Source: Octopus sinensis
Taxonomy: Eukaryota
Assembly: GCF_006345805.1 (NCBI RefSeq)
Contig: NC_043006.1
Location: forward strand, 91,574,001 to 91,638,000
Length of the DNA stretch: 64,000 nucleotides
Direction of reading: 5' to 3'
The notes under the pieces are model-generated. The model did no database searches. It was not told where the DNA came from and worked only from the letters and a program-made list of their open reading frames with translations. Shown one piece after another: positions 50,552 through 63,292 of the stretch; position 1 is the first letter of the stretch; each line of letters opens with the position of its first letter. Position numbers and translations under genes: made by a program.

Positions 50552-51235
50552 TAAATATCTATCTATCTATCTACCCACCTGTCTGTATATCTATCTATCT
50601 GTCTGTCTGCATGGCCGGCTGGTTAGCTGGCCGGTTAGCTGGCTGGCTATCTAGCTTGCTAATTAGGTATTTTAAAGTATCTTAAAGCGAAAATGCTCGA
50701 AACGTTATTTCCTATCGATACAATTCTATAACACATTGCTTTCACGTTACAGACTGGTCCCACCTATTCTCTGGTCGAATGGACGGACACCTTTGACCAG
50801 ATGACCAATGACCACCTTGTCTTTTAGTACACAGCAAGCATTTGAGTCAGGCTTCCACTCTAATTTTTCTTTACTCACTTTCCTCACTTTATTCTGGGAA
50901 ACTCCTGAAAAGGTTCATGAGCGCTACACTCCCCCTATTGTTTTCCCTCTCTTTAGGACAGTAGAGAATAATTTCCGGGGAATATGATTGCATTTGTAAG
51001 CACGATATTTTCTGTGAGTTTTATTTAAGGTCTTGTTAAGAGAACTCAATATGATCGCTAACAAAGCAACAACACGTTTTGAGTTGAGAGAGTTCCTGGT
51101 GTTTGTAAATGTGTGTGGGTGTGTATGTATGTATGTATGTGTGTGTGTATGTATGTATGTATGCATGTATGTATGTATGTATGCATGTATGTATGTATGT
51201 ATGTATGTATGTATGTATGTAGTATGTATGTATGT

Positions 51236-51785
51236 CAGGTCACTTTCGAGTGCTACTGGTAACATGTAATCCAGTACAACCTGTTGCATGGTCGGGTCGT
51301 CGTCGACTAAACCGGCAACCCCACCAAGCTTGCTTGGTGAGGAGGGTGTTATTGGACACCCTGCGGGATGAAAAACAAAACCCGTCAAAGGGCGGAAGAA
51401 CTCTCGAGAGTCAACGGCCATCCAATAAATGTCTTAAGGCTGTATCATGCGCGGGGACATAGAAATAATCGGACAGAATACCCGATCGCGCGGTTAAACC
51501 ATTGGGAGTGAAGGACTCCTAGCCTTTGTTAGGGCATCCTTCTAGGAGAAGTTAACTCAGGTAACTGGGATAACTCCGACATAGAACCTGCGGCTCAGTG
51601 GTTACCGATGATGTTGACTTGTTCTTCTTTTCGGATTATGGCTGCTGTTGCTTAGTGAGTGGGATTGACTCAGTGCACAGCCTTTCCTCACTTTAAAAAA
51701 ACTCCTCTTGCACAGGCATTGCACGATAACAACATTGATTAAGCTTCGTGCAATGACCATACTCGATAACGAGCGGGCTGCCCTC
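51236..51785 (+). mobile_element. Relatively GC-rich, hairpin-rich segment resembling an RTE LINE 5' UTR, flanked on both sides by (TATG)n
   Basis: The motif tagggcatccttctaggagaag..aactc resembles the RTE 5'-UTR motif gggca.ccagtctaggagaagg.aaactc. No ORF follows. Confidence 0.5.
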
Positions 51786-51915
51786 ATGTATGTATGTATG
51801 AATGTATGTTTGTGTGTATGTATGTATATATGTATGTATGTGTATATGTATGTATGTGTGTGTATATATATATATACACACATAAAGATTTGAATGTATA
51901 CATACACATATAAAC

Positions 51916-51993
<78 letters not shown>

Positions 51994-52120
51994 TATATAT
52001 ATATAGGCATATACACAATTCATAAATGAGGACAAAGGAAAAATATTCTAATGCCAAATATGCCGAAAAATTGGACATATTGTCCCTTAGCCATATAATT
52101 TTTTCACAATACGCACAATG

Positions 52121-52159
<39 letters not shown>

Positions 52160-52621
52160 ATATAATTTTATATAATTTTATATAAATATTTGTTCTCTAA
52201 CCGATAAATTAACTGCTGCTAACTATTAGCTGCAGGCTAGTTTTCTCGGGTCTCATCGCGCCAAAAGTAAAGACATTTGAAATATATATTTCAAGTGTAA
52301 TAGGCCGTACTCCATGCACGCGATATTTCGGTATCGTGTTGGCATTTAGTACAGCAAATTACATTTTATATGGGACCATGCTGATGATGGCTGCACTTTT
52401 CCTTGCGGAAAATAAAAGCCGAAACTAAATTTAGTACATGGGTAAATATTTATTTCGTATATTTTTCACTTGTTTATTGCTTTGGTTTTGTGTTGAGTTT
52501 GATCTGAGAACATAGACTTTTTGTGGAGAATGGCGATTTGATGTCTATATCTAGCATGTTGACTGTCCACTTTTCGTGTTCAGTCCTTAATTGGTATATA
52601 TATATATATATATGCCTATAT

Positions 52622-52713
<92 letters not shown>

Positions 52714-53662
52714 TATATTGCCCTTCCTTTCGATAAGAGCAAGAGATTTTGTAACATTTGCAACTCTGAACTCTTCCATATTCTCTTCTCTAAGAATCCC
52801 CTTGTAAACACACTTATAGAGCGATCGTACAAATGTAAACTCTGGCAGAAACATACATTTTACTCATATAAGTGATTTCGCCAGTCATTATAGTTTGAAC
52901 AATTAGTTTAACTTGCACTTTACTTCAATAGAGGAATATTTTTCCTAAGCTTTGAGCTTTCTTTTAATCAACGTATCCCCCCTCTCTATTTGTTCCCTAA
53001 TTACTATCCCTTTAATCCTTCTCCCCCTTCTATCTGCCTTTGACGTCAAATCTACTAACGGTTTTTTAAAATATTTAATAACGTGCTGTTTATCATGTAG
53101 GCAGCCATCGTAAATGTTATAATGTCTTGTTGTTGAGAGAGGCTCTCTTTCTTTCCTGATGAGAAGATTGCATCTTACACCGTTTATTCCTTTGGAATAA
53201 AACCATGCTGTCTTCGAAACATATGTCGAAAGTAAAGGAATTTTATTAACATTTTCGTTCAACTCCATTTATTTAACGGTATGTTAACGGTAAACATAGG
53301 ATAATTCATTCACCCATCGAAATATTCATATATATATATATATATAACGTAAAGTATACTAGCCATCTCAATATGGCTAACCACTAAGGGTGGGTGTTAC
53401 TGTAGCTTTTAGCCCCAGGAGATCATCGTCTCCAACCGGCTTTAGGCACACTTTCTGTGCCATATGGCATTTGCAAAGGGAGGTCATCCCTCTCTCGTCA
53501 ACCTAAGTGATACGCACAGATTGCAGTTTCTAGGCATTTACCTGTTTTCAGCGTACGGCAATCACCGGTTTTCGATGAAGGTAGACCGTTTGCAAATACT
53601 TATTTATTGTTTTTCCAGTAACTTCCTAAACTGCACCTCGTTCAGAGATTTATTATTGCTAT

Positions 53663-53707
<45 letters not shown>

Positions 53708-53899
53708 TTTTTTTTTTTTTTTTTTGGAAGGTTTGGAGATGATGTACAGGTATTTTATATTAGAAGAAATGAGGTACTCAGAAATTCGGATGGTTTTATA
53801 TTTACAGATATTTATTTGTATATTACATGTTTTTATACATCATATAACTTAGATCATATATCATATATTAACACTTTCTCCCATTGTAGTGGGGTTTTC

Positions 53900-54010
53900 A
53901 AATCGAACTAAGTTCCTGTGAAAAATGTTTTGACCATTTTATAGTGTTATTGAGTGTGTAGTGGTGTGGAGGGATATAAGATAGTACAAGAGGGTGATGA
54001 ATGGGGAGAA

Positions 54011-54048
<38 letters not shown>

Positions 54049-54450
54049 TATGTGTGTGTGTGTGTGTGTGTGTGTTTGTATTTGGAAGGACTGTTAAAGA
54101 AAAAGAGTAGAAGGGAGAGGGAAGAAGGAGAAAAAATCGTTTTGCTTGTTAGCTGGTCAGGATGTTTACTCCAGGGGGGGTGTCTAAGATCTTGGGGAAA
54201 AGAGTTTAAGTTTTGACCATTTTATAGGTTTATTGAGTGTGTAGTGGCGGGGAGGGACATAAGACAGTACAAGAGGGTGATGAATGGGGAGAAAGTGAGA
54301 GAGACATGTGTGTGTGTGCGTGTTGTATGTGTTTTTGTATCTGGAGGGAGTGTTAGAAATGAAGAAGAAAAGGACGGAATGGGAGTGAAGGTAGACCATA
54401 AATTATATTTCCTTTTTATCATTGTGAGAGAGAGAGTGTGTGTGAGTGTG
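53900..54450. repeat. Diverged tandem duplication, period ~283 bp
   Basis: ttttgaccattttatag..tattgagtgtgtagtgg..gagggtgatgaatggggagaaagtgagagag at 53928 and 54211. Confidence 0.8.
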
Positions 54451-56744
54451 TTTAAGGATTGATGGTCAAATGGTTTTTGGTTTTTAGAGAAGAATTCGTT
54501 TTATTATTGTTTTGTGTGTGTGTGTGTGTGTATATATATAATGATAAATCCAAAAAAACTGACGAACAAACACAAGAAAAAAACAACAACGCGAGGACGT
54601 GGTACATGCAAAGTATGAAAAGACGCTCAGGGAAGGAAAGAAAGGTTGTTTTACATTTCCAGCAAAGCTCTGTGTCAGAAACAGGAGACAGAGGAAAATA
54701 CAAGAGAAAATGAAGACGGAGGAAAAAAAGTCAGCAACAATCCACATGTGATTATATATGATTATATTTTTATGTCTATATATGCATGCTTATGTTCTTA
54801 TATAATATATTTGTATTTATATGTATGTATTTGTTATGACACCGTTGATTTTATCTATACCATATTTTAAATTACCTGTCGGTTAAAATACAAGGCATCT
54901 TAGAAAGTGAGCTATTGTATATTCATGTATACATACCTAAACATTCATTTTAAACACAGATATTATTCATTTAAAGCTTGGGCTTTCCTACCTATTTGGA
55001 AGAATGTCAAGAGAAAATGCTGAAGATTATGTTTATAAATTCCGGAAACTGTCGTTCTTATTTGCTTTTTTTGTTGTGTTTGTAGAGCGCTTTAGAAGCA
55101 CCAAATCGATTCAACAGAACTTTATTCTACTATGTTTTCGTTTACTATAACTGAACGTAGTTATAATAATGGTTTGGGGGCATCTCATTGCTATTGTTCC
55201 CTTAGTTTTGCTTCTTTTATTCTGGCATAAACATTTTTGTTTCCCAAAATTTAATCGATCGAAGCCGGTAGGATTTTACGCTTCGATCTTCAATTTCATC
55301 TTTCAAATAGAATTTTTTTTCCTATTTATGTTGTTGTAAATGTTTCACGGATACAATATTGATCAAAGAATAATTATGCAGGGAGTCTTCGGCGTTTAAT
55401 ATCAATTCCGCCATAAAGATATTAAATATAATATTCGATACATTAAATAAATCTCGATAGTACAGTTAAACACACGCACATGCACATATATACATATATA
55501 AATATACACATATACATACACACATGCATATTATATATATACATACATGCATATTACATACATACATACATACAAGCACGCACACACACACATGTCATAT
55601 GTGCGAGATTAAAAAGTTTACATCCAATGAAAGCATATTTATGGCGCGGAATATATTTTTACAAACTCATTACCAAAAATATATGTTTTTAACTTTTACG
55701 TAATGGAAAAATCAAAATATTTACATATTTACTTGAGCAGCAGAGATTCTGCGAACGATCGAGTATTCAGCTGTCATAAACAACAAAACAACAACAAAGA
55801 CAATAACTACAAAAATAAAAATAAAAAAAACAAATTTGATCTGACGAAATTGATAAGCAACGAAGTTCTTCTCCATGTCAACACATTAAGTCTGGAATGG
55901 CTTGTGGTTATGTAATTACGATATTTTCCGATATCTCAAGTTTCTATGCGTTTTGTACTTATCAATATAAATATTTCTCTCTGTCTTTGTCTATGTCATC
56001 CTTTATTCAATTCTGTATCATTCTTTTGTTGTTCGTTTTTGATTATATTTTATCTTTAAGCTTATGGAAGTATGTTGCTTGTAGATTGTAGAGGATATTT
56101 CAGAGGAGTGTGAAATGAAGTGAGTAGCATCTTTGTGGGATTAGATATGCCTCAATATTTCGATGAGAAGATAGGAGGAGGAGAAAGCGTATGTGGATCT
56201 TCTGAGAATGAATAACAAATAGAAGTGTCTGGATTGGTTGTTACTAAGCATTAGTAATAGGAGAGAAAGTAGAAGATGTCCATGCGGGCAAAACACCAAC
56301 AAAACACTTGTAAATGATGTAATACATTTCTTTGTAAATATGGAAATGCTTAACAACAGTAAAGTCTTTGGAATAGTGTTCTAACAGAAACAGAAGACAT
56401 ATTGGGTTTGAATCGGCAGACCACAGTTCTTGACTTCCAGATGAAATAATCATCGGAGATACTTTTCTGCCGCAGAATCTGCAGGAGCTACTCAGCAGTT
56501 CTGCAAGATCATCCGAATCCATCGTAATGTCTGAAATCATTCCTTGTAATCAACATCTCAGAGTGGATGTTTAGAATGAGTGGTGCAGCGAAGACTAAAT
56601 TAGTGTTCTCTAGCTGAAGAGTTCTACTTGAAGTTCCCTATCCATAGCCATCTTGAGTTTGATTTCAGGTGCCATGCCTATCACTTTGGTGGCTTTCTTC
56701 ATTTGTCTGGGTCACAGATTAATATTCTTTAGAAGACTTTAATA

Positions 56745-56978
56745 GGCGGTGAGCTGGCAGAAGCGTTAGCACGCCGGGCGATATGCTTAGTGGTATTTCG
56801 TCTGCCGCTACGTTCTGAGTTCAAATTCCACCGAGGTCGACTTTGCCTTTCATCCTTTCGGGGTCGATTAAATAAGTACCAGTTACGCACTGGGGTCGAT
56901 ATAATCGACTTCATCCGTTTGTTTGTCCTTGTTTGTCCCCCTCTGTGTTTAGTCCTTTGTGGGTAGTAAAGAAATAAG
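56745..56978 (+). mobile_element. SINE family A, well preserved
   Basis: Near-identical to 39881-40082, with the same variant tail. Confidence 0.9.
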
Positions 56979-58699
56979 GAAATGAGATCACATGTTTTTC
57001 ATAGTCAAGGGCCTCATCAACCAAGTGATGAAAGAAAAACAAAGTCGATACGCATACGAACACAATGGATGGTGAATTGAAAGAGGTTAGCGTGTAGGAC
57101 GGATTACTTTGAAATATTTGTTCAAAATCACACTGAGATCAATTTTGAGCACCATTCTTTCGGAGGTCGATGTAACAACCGACAGCTCTTGGTTGGTACA
57201 AAGGAATCGGTAGAGCGTTGGACACAATGTCTTGAGCAATCTGTTCAAGCTCTGAATTCTTGGGTGGTGGATATAATTCATCTTTCTATCTAGTGCTACA
57301 TCATGATTCTTGCATGCTTTTATCTGGATATACAGTTTAGTGATCATATTTTTAAATTTCTCCTACCATTCTTGAAGGCCGTGGTAAAAATAGTCATGCG
57401 CAGTGCCCTTACACCTCGGACAAATGGGCAAAAGATGCAAGCAAATCTAAATTCAGAAATACATTTTATCTGATTCTACTAAATACATGAGTAGCCGCAA
57501 CTATTTTACTAAAATTATCTTACTTAGGTCTGCCCTTAGAGATAAACTTTTCAGATTATCAGATATGATCAAAACGCGTCCTGGAAATGGGATAAAAGAT
57601 TAGATACTTCAATGATAATTTTCTAGTTGCAAAAAATCACAAATAATTGCACTCCTAATGACCTTTCTGTACCTGCTCCTGCGCGTTTTATTCAATAGGA
57701 ATCATTATTTTCCTGGTTTTCCTCTTCAGCCTACCTAAATCGCTTAACAGGTTGAGAATATTAAAACATTAATATATTCCTGGAACAGCTATAGTATTAA
57801 TCCATATGATTTTTTTCTTTGTATTTAGCTCTGATTACTATAAAGCGCATCCCATATTCATTACCTTTCTATCATTTGTGTATGTTGCACTCTGTGCTCT
57901 TTATTGGTTACTTAGAATATATAAAGCTGCCTGGAAGTCTTATTCTTTTCTTTCTCTTTCTTTATCTACACAATAATAGTTTCTTTTTAAAGCTCCTTCT
58001 CTCCAAGGTTACCTTGGTACATTTCCCCAAGCCAATTTCCCTACCTGTGATCGTATCTGGCAATGTTTTCGGTTATCATGTGCAGCATACAACACAAAGG
58101 CGTCCATGTACAAAACATGATTGATCGTTTATCACACAGCATTTTATATTTCTGTATCGAATCTAGTTTATTATATTGGCGAAAGGCGTTGAAGTGGTCA
58201 GACATAAATAAAAGTTATGCAACTTCATTTACAATATTCCTTTTCTTATACTTACAGATTTCATTGGAAACTGGTAAATCAGCTAAAGCAAACATTGCTT
58301 TCTCACTTTCTTTCTTTTTCTTTCTTTCTTCTTTCCTTTTTCTTTCTTTTTTCTTTCTTTCTTTCTTTCCTTCTTTCTTTCTTTCCCTCTTTTCTCCTCC
58401 TCCTCCTTCTTCTTCTTCTTCTTCTCTTCTTCTTCTTCTTCTTCTTCTTCTTCTTCTTCTTCTTCTTCTTTTCTTCTTCTTCTTCTTCTTCTCTTCTTCT
58501 TCTCTTCTTTTTCTTCTTCTTCTAATTTTCTTTCTGTTTCTTACCGAGTACTTTCCTAACTCACAGGGCGAAGAAACTCACTGTATTCTTTGATAAGCCA
58601 TTAAAGTAAACACATCATTCTTTTTTCATATTCAAAATGAAATGAAGTTATACGAAAAACCCAAATACAAGGATGGTAATCGTTCTCACATTGACAACG

Positions 58700-59135
58700 A
58701 TGTTCTCAATACTACCGGTGTCGTCTTTACCTTTCATCCTTTCCTGGTCGATAAAATAAGTACCAGTTGAACACTATCGTCAATGTAATCAAGTTACACC
58801 CTCCCCCGAAGTTGGTGGTCTGTTGCCAAAATTTGAAACCATTATTATTGTTATTATTGCGCTGCCAGAATTGTAAGCGCGAGGGAAAAAGTGCTCTGCG
58901 ACATTTGTTCTGAGTCTCTGTATGGGTTCGACTTTGCCTTTAATTCTGTCAGGATTTAACAAAATGTCTTACCGCATTTTCTCCGTTTCTTTACTTTCTC
59001 TGTTAAAATACCGCTGAGGTCCACTTTGCGTTTCATCGTTCAGAGGTCAAGGAAATATCATAATAGTCAATTACCTAAGTCGATGGTATTGACTACTCAC
59101 CCTCCCCTCAAAATTGTGCCTAAATCAGAAACAAT
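58700..59135 (+). mobile_element. Cluster of partial SINE family A copies in the same orientation
   Basis: Repeated gtcgact/ccactttgc..ttcatc..gtcga..aaaattg..tgcc..aa fragments. Confidence 0.6.
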
Positions 59136-60255
59136 AATTTTTAAATGAATGTAATCATCATCATAATTGTCATCCTCGTTGCTTTCCCGTAGACTCCAAC
59201 TTCTGATTGGTTTATACAATATTGTCAATTAAAAGTTAACTTCCCTTTCTCCAAGACATAATGAGAAACATTACGATGCCGATAGAGCGATATCTCTAAC
59301 GTCAATCTTGGAGGCGAAAGCCGGCAGCATATTCTTGGCCTCGTCTGTCTGAGTACTAAATAATGCACTATAATTGAAAAGTGGACGAACAAAGAATAAT
59401 TGGAGAAAATTTGTTGAAATAAGTTTGAAAAGAAGAATAATTTCTTTCACTCCACTCAACGATTCCGCCATTTGCTTTCCTAATCGTCTCTTTGTAATAA
59501 TTGTGTCTAGTGTCAAAAGAAATTGTCAGTTAGTTTAAGTGGCTCACAATTTCCAGGGTTTCCTTTCAGAGCGCCTCTTACTCCTCGCCTGCATGGCATC
59601 ATCACATTTCTTAGTAAAACACTTGAACATGACTCTGAAACTCGGCCTACAATTAACGATTCGATATTAAATTGTCATTTATTGATTTTAATCTAGACCT
59701 AATAGAACAATGGAAATGGCGAAGGATGAAGGAGAGCGCAAGATACAAAGAGAGAAAAATACACTTACATACACTCAATCATAAATACAAATCCTTATAT
59801 ATAAATGTGTGTGTGTGTGAGTGTGTCTATGTATGCGTGTATGTACGTGTGTATATGTATATCTATATCGTTATGTATATATGCATCTAAATGTGTTTAT
59901 TTGTGTGTGTGTGTATGTAGAAAGTGTGTGTATATATGTGTGTATAGATATAGGTATTGATGTACACTTATGTAGATATATGTGTACGTACAACCGTGAA
60001 TGTGTATTTGTATGTGTGTGTATGTGTATGTGTGTATGTGTGAACATGTGAGTTTGTCTGTGTGCATATATGCATACACAAACACATATATACTGGAAAG
60101 CCTATTATACGTAGATATAAACAGTGAGTTTCGCCAACACACATAATATATATATACTGGCGCATCGCATACTAGTCTTTGTTCCAAATAAGAGATCGGA
60201 CAAGGGAGTAGCAAGCTACTATATTACGATGCTGTATGAGAAAAGAAAACCTAAC

Positions 60256-60286
<31 letters not shown>

Positions 60287-61168
60287 GTCATTTACTTTTA
60301 ATCTGCATGTTTGATGCAATCACTTGCCGGGGCACACCCAGCGCCCTAGGGCAAGTGAAGGTTAAGAGTTGTTGAAATATAGCTGAAAGCTTGGGGAGGG
60401 GAAGTAGAGAAATATCTCCATGTAATACAAACACAAACATTTACATTGATAGGGTTTTTCTAAGGATGTGGGCAGTACTTGTTAGCACAATCTTTTGGAT
60501 TTCCTTGAGACATAGTCTCCAGGGATATTGTCTAGGTGTTTCTGACATCCTTTTTTATCATACCTAGAGCACCTGCAATAACAGGAACAGTTTTTGTTTT
60601 AAGATTCCACATCTTTTGTATTTCGATTTCCAGGTCCTTATATTTACTAAGTTTGTCAAATTCCTTTACAGATACATTTTTATCAGTGGGGACGCTTACC
60701 TCTATTAGTCTGCAGGTATTTTCTTCCCTGTCTTTAACAATTATGTCTGGTCGATTAGCCTTGATCGTTCTGTCAGTGTTGACTGGAAAATCCCAGAGGA
60801 TGGTGACATCCTTACCTTCAACAACTGGCTGAGGATGGTGTTCATACCAGTTAGCAGGGTGTTGAATTTGTAGTGTTTACATATCTTCCAATGTATATAC
60901 TGTCCTACCCTATCGTGGCGATTTTTGTATTCGTTTGGTGTCAGCACAGGACATCCCGAAACGAGATGGTCTATTGTTTCGTCAAATGTGTCGCAGAATC
61001 TGCATTTAGGGTCAGTACCGTTTCGGAGAACGTTAGCCTGGTAATTTCTGGTAAACAAGCTTTGATCTTGTGCTGCCATTATGAAGCCTTCAGTCTCTGC
61101 TTTCAATCCAGAGCTCTTCAGCCACTGATGGGTTGTTGCTTGGTCTACATCAGCATTTTCGCTTCTTT
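60287..61168 (-). mobile_element. 5'-truncated R4/Dong-clade LINE (second subfamily)
   Basis: LKAETEGFIMAAQDQSL..CRFCDTFDETIDHLVSGC..RHD..RPDIIVKD..LIEVSVP..KLSKYKDL..LKEIQKIVLTSTAHILRKTLSM* with two frameshifts. (TAA)n on both sides. Confidence 0.92.
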
Positions 61169-61195
61169 ATTATTATATTATTATTATTATTATTA

Positions 61196-61246
<51 letters not shown>

Positions 61247-61248
<2 letters not shown>

Positions 61249-61659
61249 GTTTGACTTTTGCTTTATATTTGTACAAGTTGGCTCCAAGTCTCACCCAGAG
61301 AACTCAAGAGACAACAGGTTGGAAGTTCATGTTGTTGTTATGCCTAGTGTGCCATATATTTGTTGTTTTTTTTTGGTGTTGTACTAGTGAATGTCTAAAA
61401 AAAACCCGAAAATTATGTTTGTTTTAAACCTTGAGATTACATAGAAAGTATTTTGCGTAGGATATGAGCAGTTCCCATGAGCACTATCTTTTGAATTTCT
61501 CCCATTTTTGGGTTTCCTGGTATCTGAGTTAGGTAGCAATCAGCCCATTTTGCTCTCATTCCCAGGGCACCTGTTTCAAGATCTTTATATTTGCTCAGTT
61601 TTTGGTAGGTCTTGACAGATACGTTTATATCGATTGGGACAGTCATATCAATGAGGAGG

Positions 61660-61660
<1 letters not shown>
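61247..61660 (-). mobile_element. Very short 5'-truncated R4/Dong-clade LINE (third subfamily) with an internal deletion
   Basis: CLLIDMTVPIDINVSVKTYQKLSKYKDLE/TGALGM..IQKIVLMGTAHILRKILSM*, then a ~190-bp 3' UTR. (TAA)n on both sides. Confidence 0.9.
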
Positions 61661-61724
<64 letters not shown>

Positions 61725-63292
61725 TTATTTTCACTAAGGTAAGGATTGTTAATTTGTTTTGCTTGATTGTGGGACAGATCATGATGTCCGAAATGCCACT
61801 ACCGGACGGCTCCTCACTGTTTTCGGTTCAAAGATGAAACCAGTGATTGATGGTTAGAACGTTATCAGATATCCCACAACAGTAGAACAATCTAGCCAGT
61901 CGAAAGTCACTCGCCACATGCTCTAGAGGTTCATGGGTGCCACCAAGAAATATAGTACAAAGGATGTGCTGTCTGTCGGTGGATAGCCAATATCTAATCT
62001 TATTCATTACTTTTTGAAATCAAGGACTCCGGATGAATTTTTACCAATGAACCCCCCCCCCCGAAAGAATAAGCAACAAACTTATTTCTTGCTACTCCCT
62101 TGTCCGATCTCCTACTTGGAACAAAGATTAGTATGCGATGTTGGTGAAAGTCACTGTTTATATCTAAGTATAATAGGTTTCCCAGTATATATTTGTTTGT
62201 ATATGCATATATAAAGACCATTTGGGCTCAAGATTATAAGGTCATGTGTTGTATTCTTGAAATGGGGCGGGCAGACTGTATCCAATGAGCAAGGTGATTC
62301 GTTTTACGTTAGCCTAGTCATCTGGAAATGAGTGCCCACCCAGTGCTGGTGCAATCATTTCTCCCTCCATCCGTCATATCCTCGATGCTCTGTTGGATGA
62401 AGAGATCGGAAAGCTGTAAAGGTGTCGGCATCTACAACTGCTCTCGGCACACAAAACAATTAGCATGAGCAAAATCCATTCTGCTATGGTTGTTTATTCA
62501 ATGCTATGTTCTTCTAATTTCACCAAAAAACTCCTGAATCGTTGTTATCATTCGCCAGAAGTTTACCTTAAAAATTACCTCATCTCTCCTTTTGGCAATG
62601 CTAGGTAGAGTAGGCAAATATTCTTTGTCCAGTGGCTGTACTAAAGGGAATAATATGATGTATGAAAGGGAAGAAAAGCTGAAGTTAAGTGTTTTTTCTC
62701 CTTTCTAGACGAACTGATCAGCTTCTCTCAGTTCACTCGCAGTGGAAGACAAAGAGAAAGCGAAAGGAGGAAACTAGTTTTGGGGAAAATTTATGAAGGG
62801 ATTACAACGAATGTTTCTTGTTGGGAGTTTGCTGTGTTTTCTCCTTTTTTCGTTTCAACTTGAAATTATTTGTTGAAAGACAAACGGAAAATTGGTAGAT
62901 TTGGATTGTTCTGAGCTTTTCTGAGCCAATCCACACTGAGTATTATGTCTGTGTCTGTGTGTGTATGTGTGCGCATCTATGTGTGTGCGTGTGGTGTATA
63001 TTTTGCGGTACAGCTTTACGGCCGCCATTAAAATCTGTTGATTTAGATCTTCTTAAAGCTTTTCACTTTTTGTAGGCGATCTCGTCGCTCTCTTTCTTCG
63101 TGTGTTTTGCTACATTACCTTGTAATGTCTCGAAGAATTATGTTTTGATAAACAGCAAAAAGTCCTCCTTAAAAATAAATTCTATTCCTTTTAACAAGAC
63201 ATTTTGTGCAGTGTCGGATACGATTGACCGAGAACTGATTTTCTTCGCTTGATTCTCGGAGGGAAAAAAATTGTTTATTCGGAATCGAGGCA

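Larger units (their letters stand above)
60066..62212. mobile_element. Pair of ~125-150-bp inverted repeats (60066-60215 / 62088-62212) enclosing the Dong stack; probable TIRs of an older DNA element
   Basis: atatatgcata..tactgg.aa.cctattatac.tagatataaacagtga.tttc.ccaac..atcgcatacta.tctttgttccaa.ta.gagatcggacaagggagtagcaag in both orientations. The left copy has a ~26-bp insertion. Confidence 0.65.

Noticed and set aside
56100-56700. Two possible RTE 3'-end relics (plus strand 56100-56330, minus strand 56600-56700); similar at 48480-48600
   Set aside because: Too decayed to call confidently by eye.
2675-60214. Dozens of ORFs rich in YI/CV/HT/LS/II repeats
   Set aside because: They are translations of (TA)n, (CA)n, (TCTA)n, (TAA)n and (TTC)n microsatellites, with no coding evidence.
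62709-62880. Strong acceptor followed by a hydrophobic ATG-initiated peptide (MKGLQRMFLVGSLLCFLLFSFQLEIIC*)
   Set aside because: Stops after 27 aa with no good donor before the stop.
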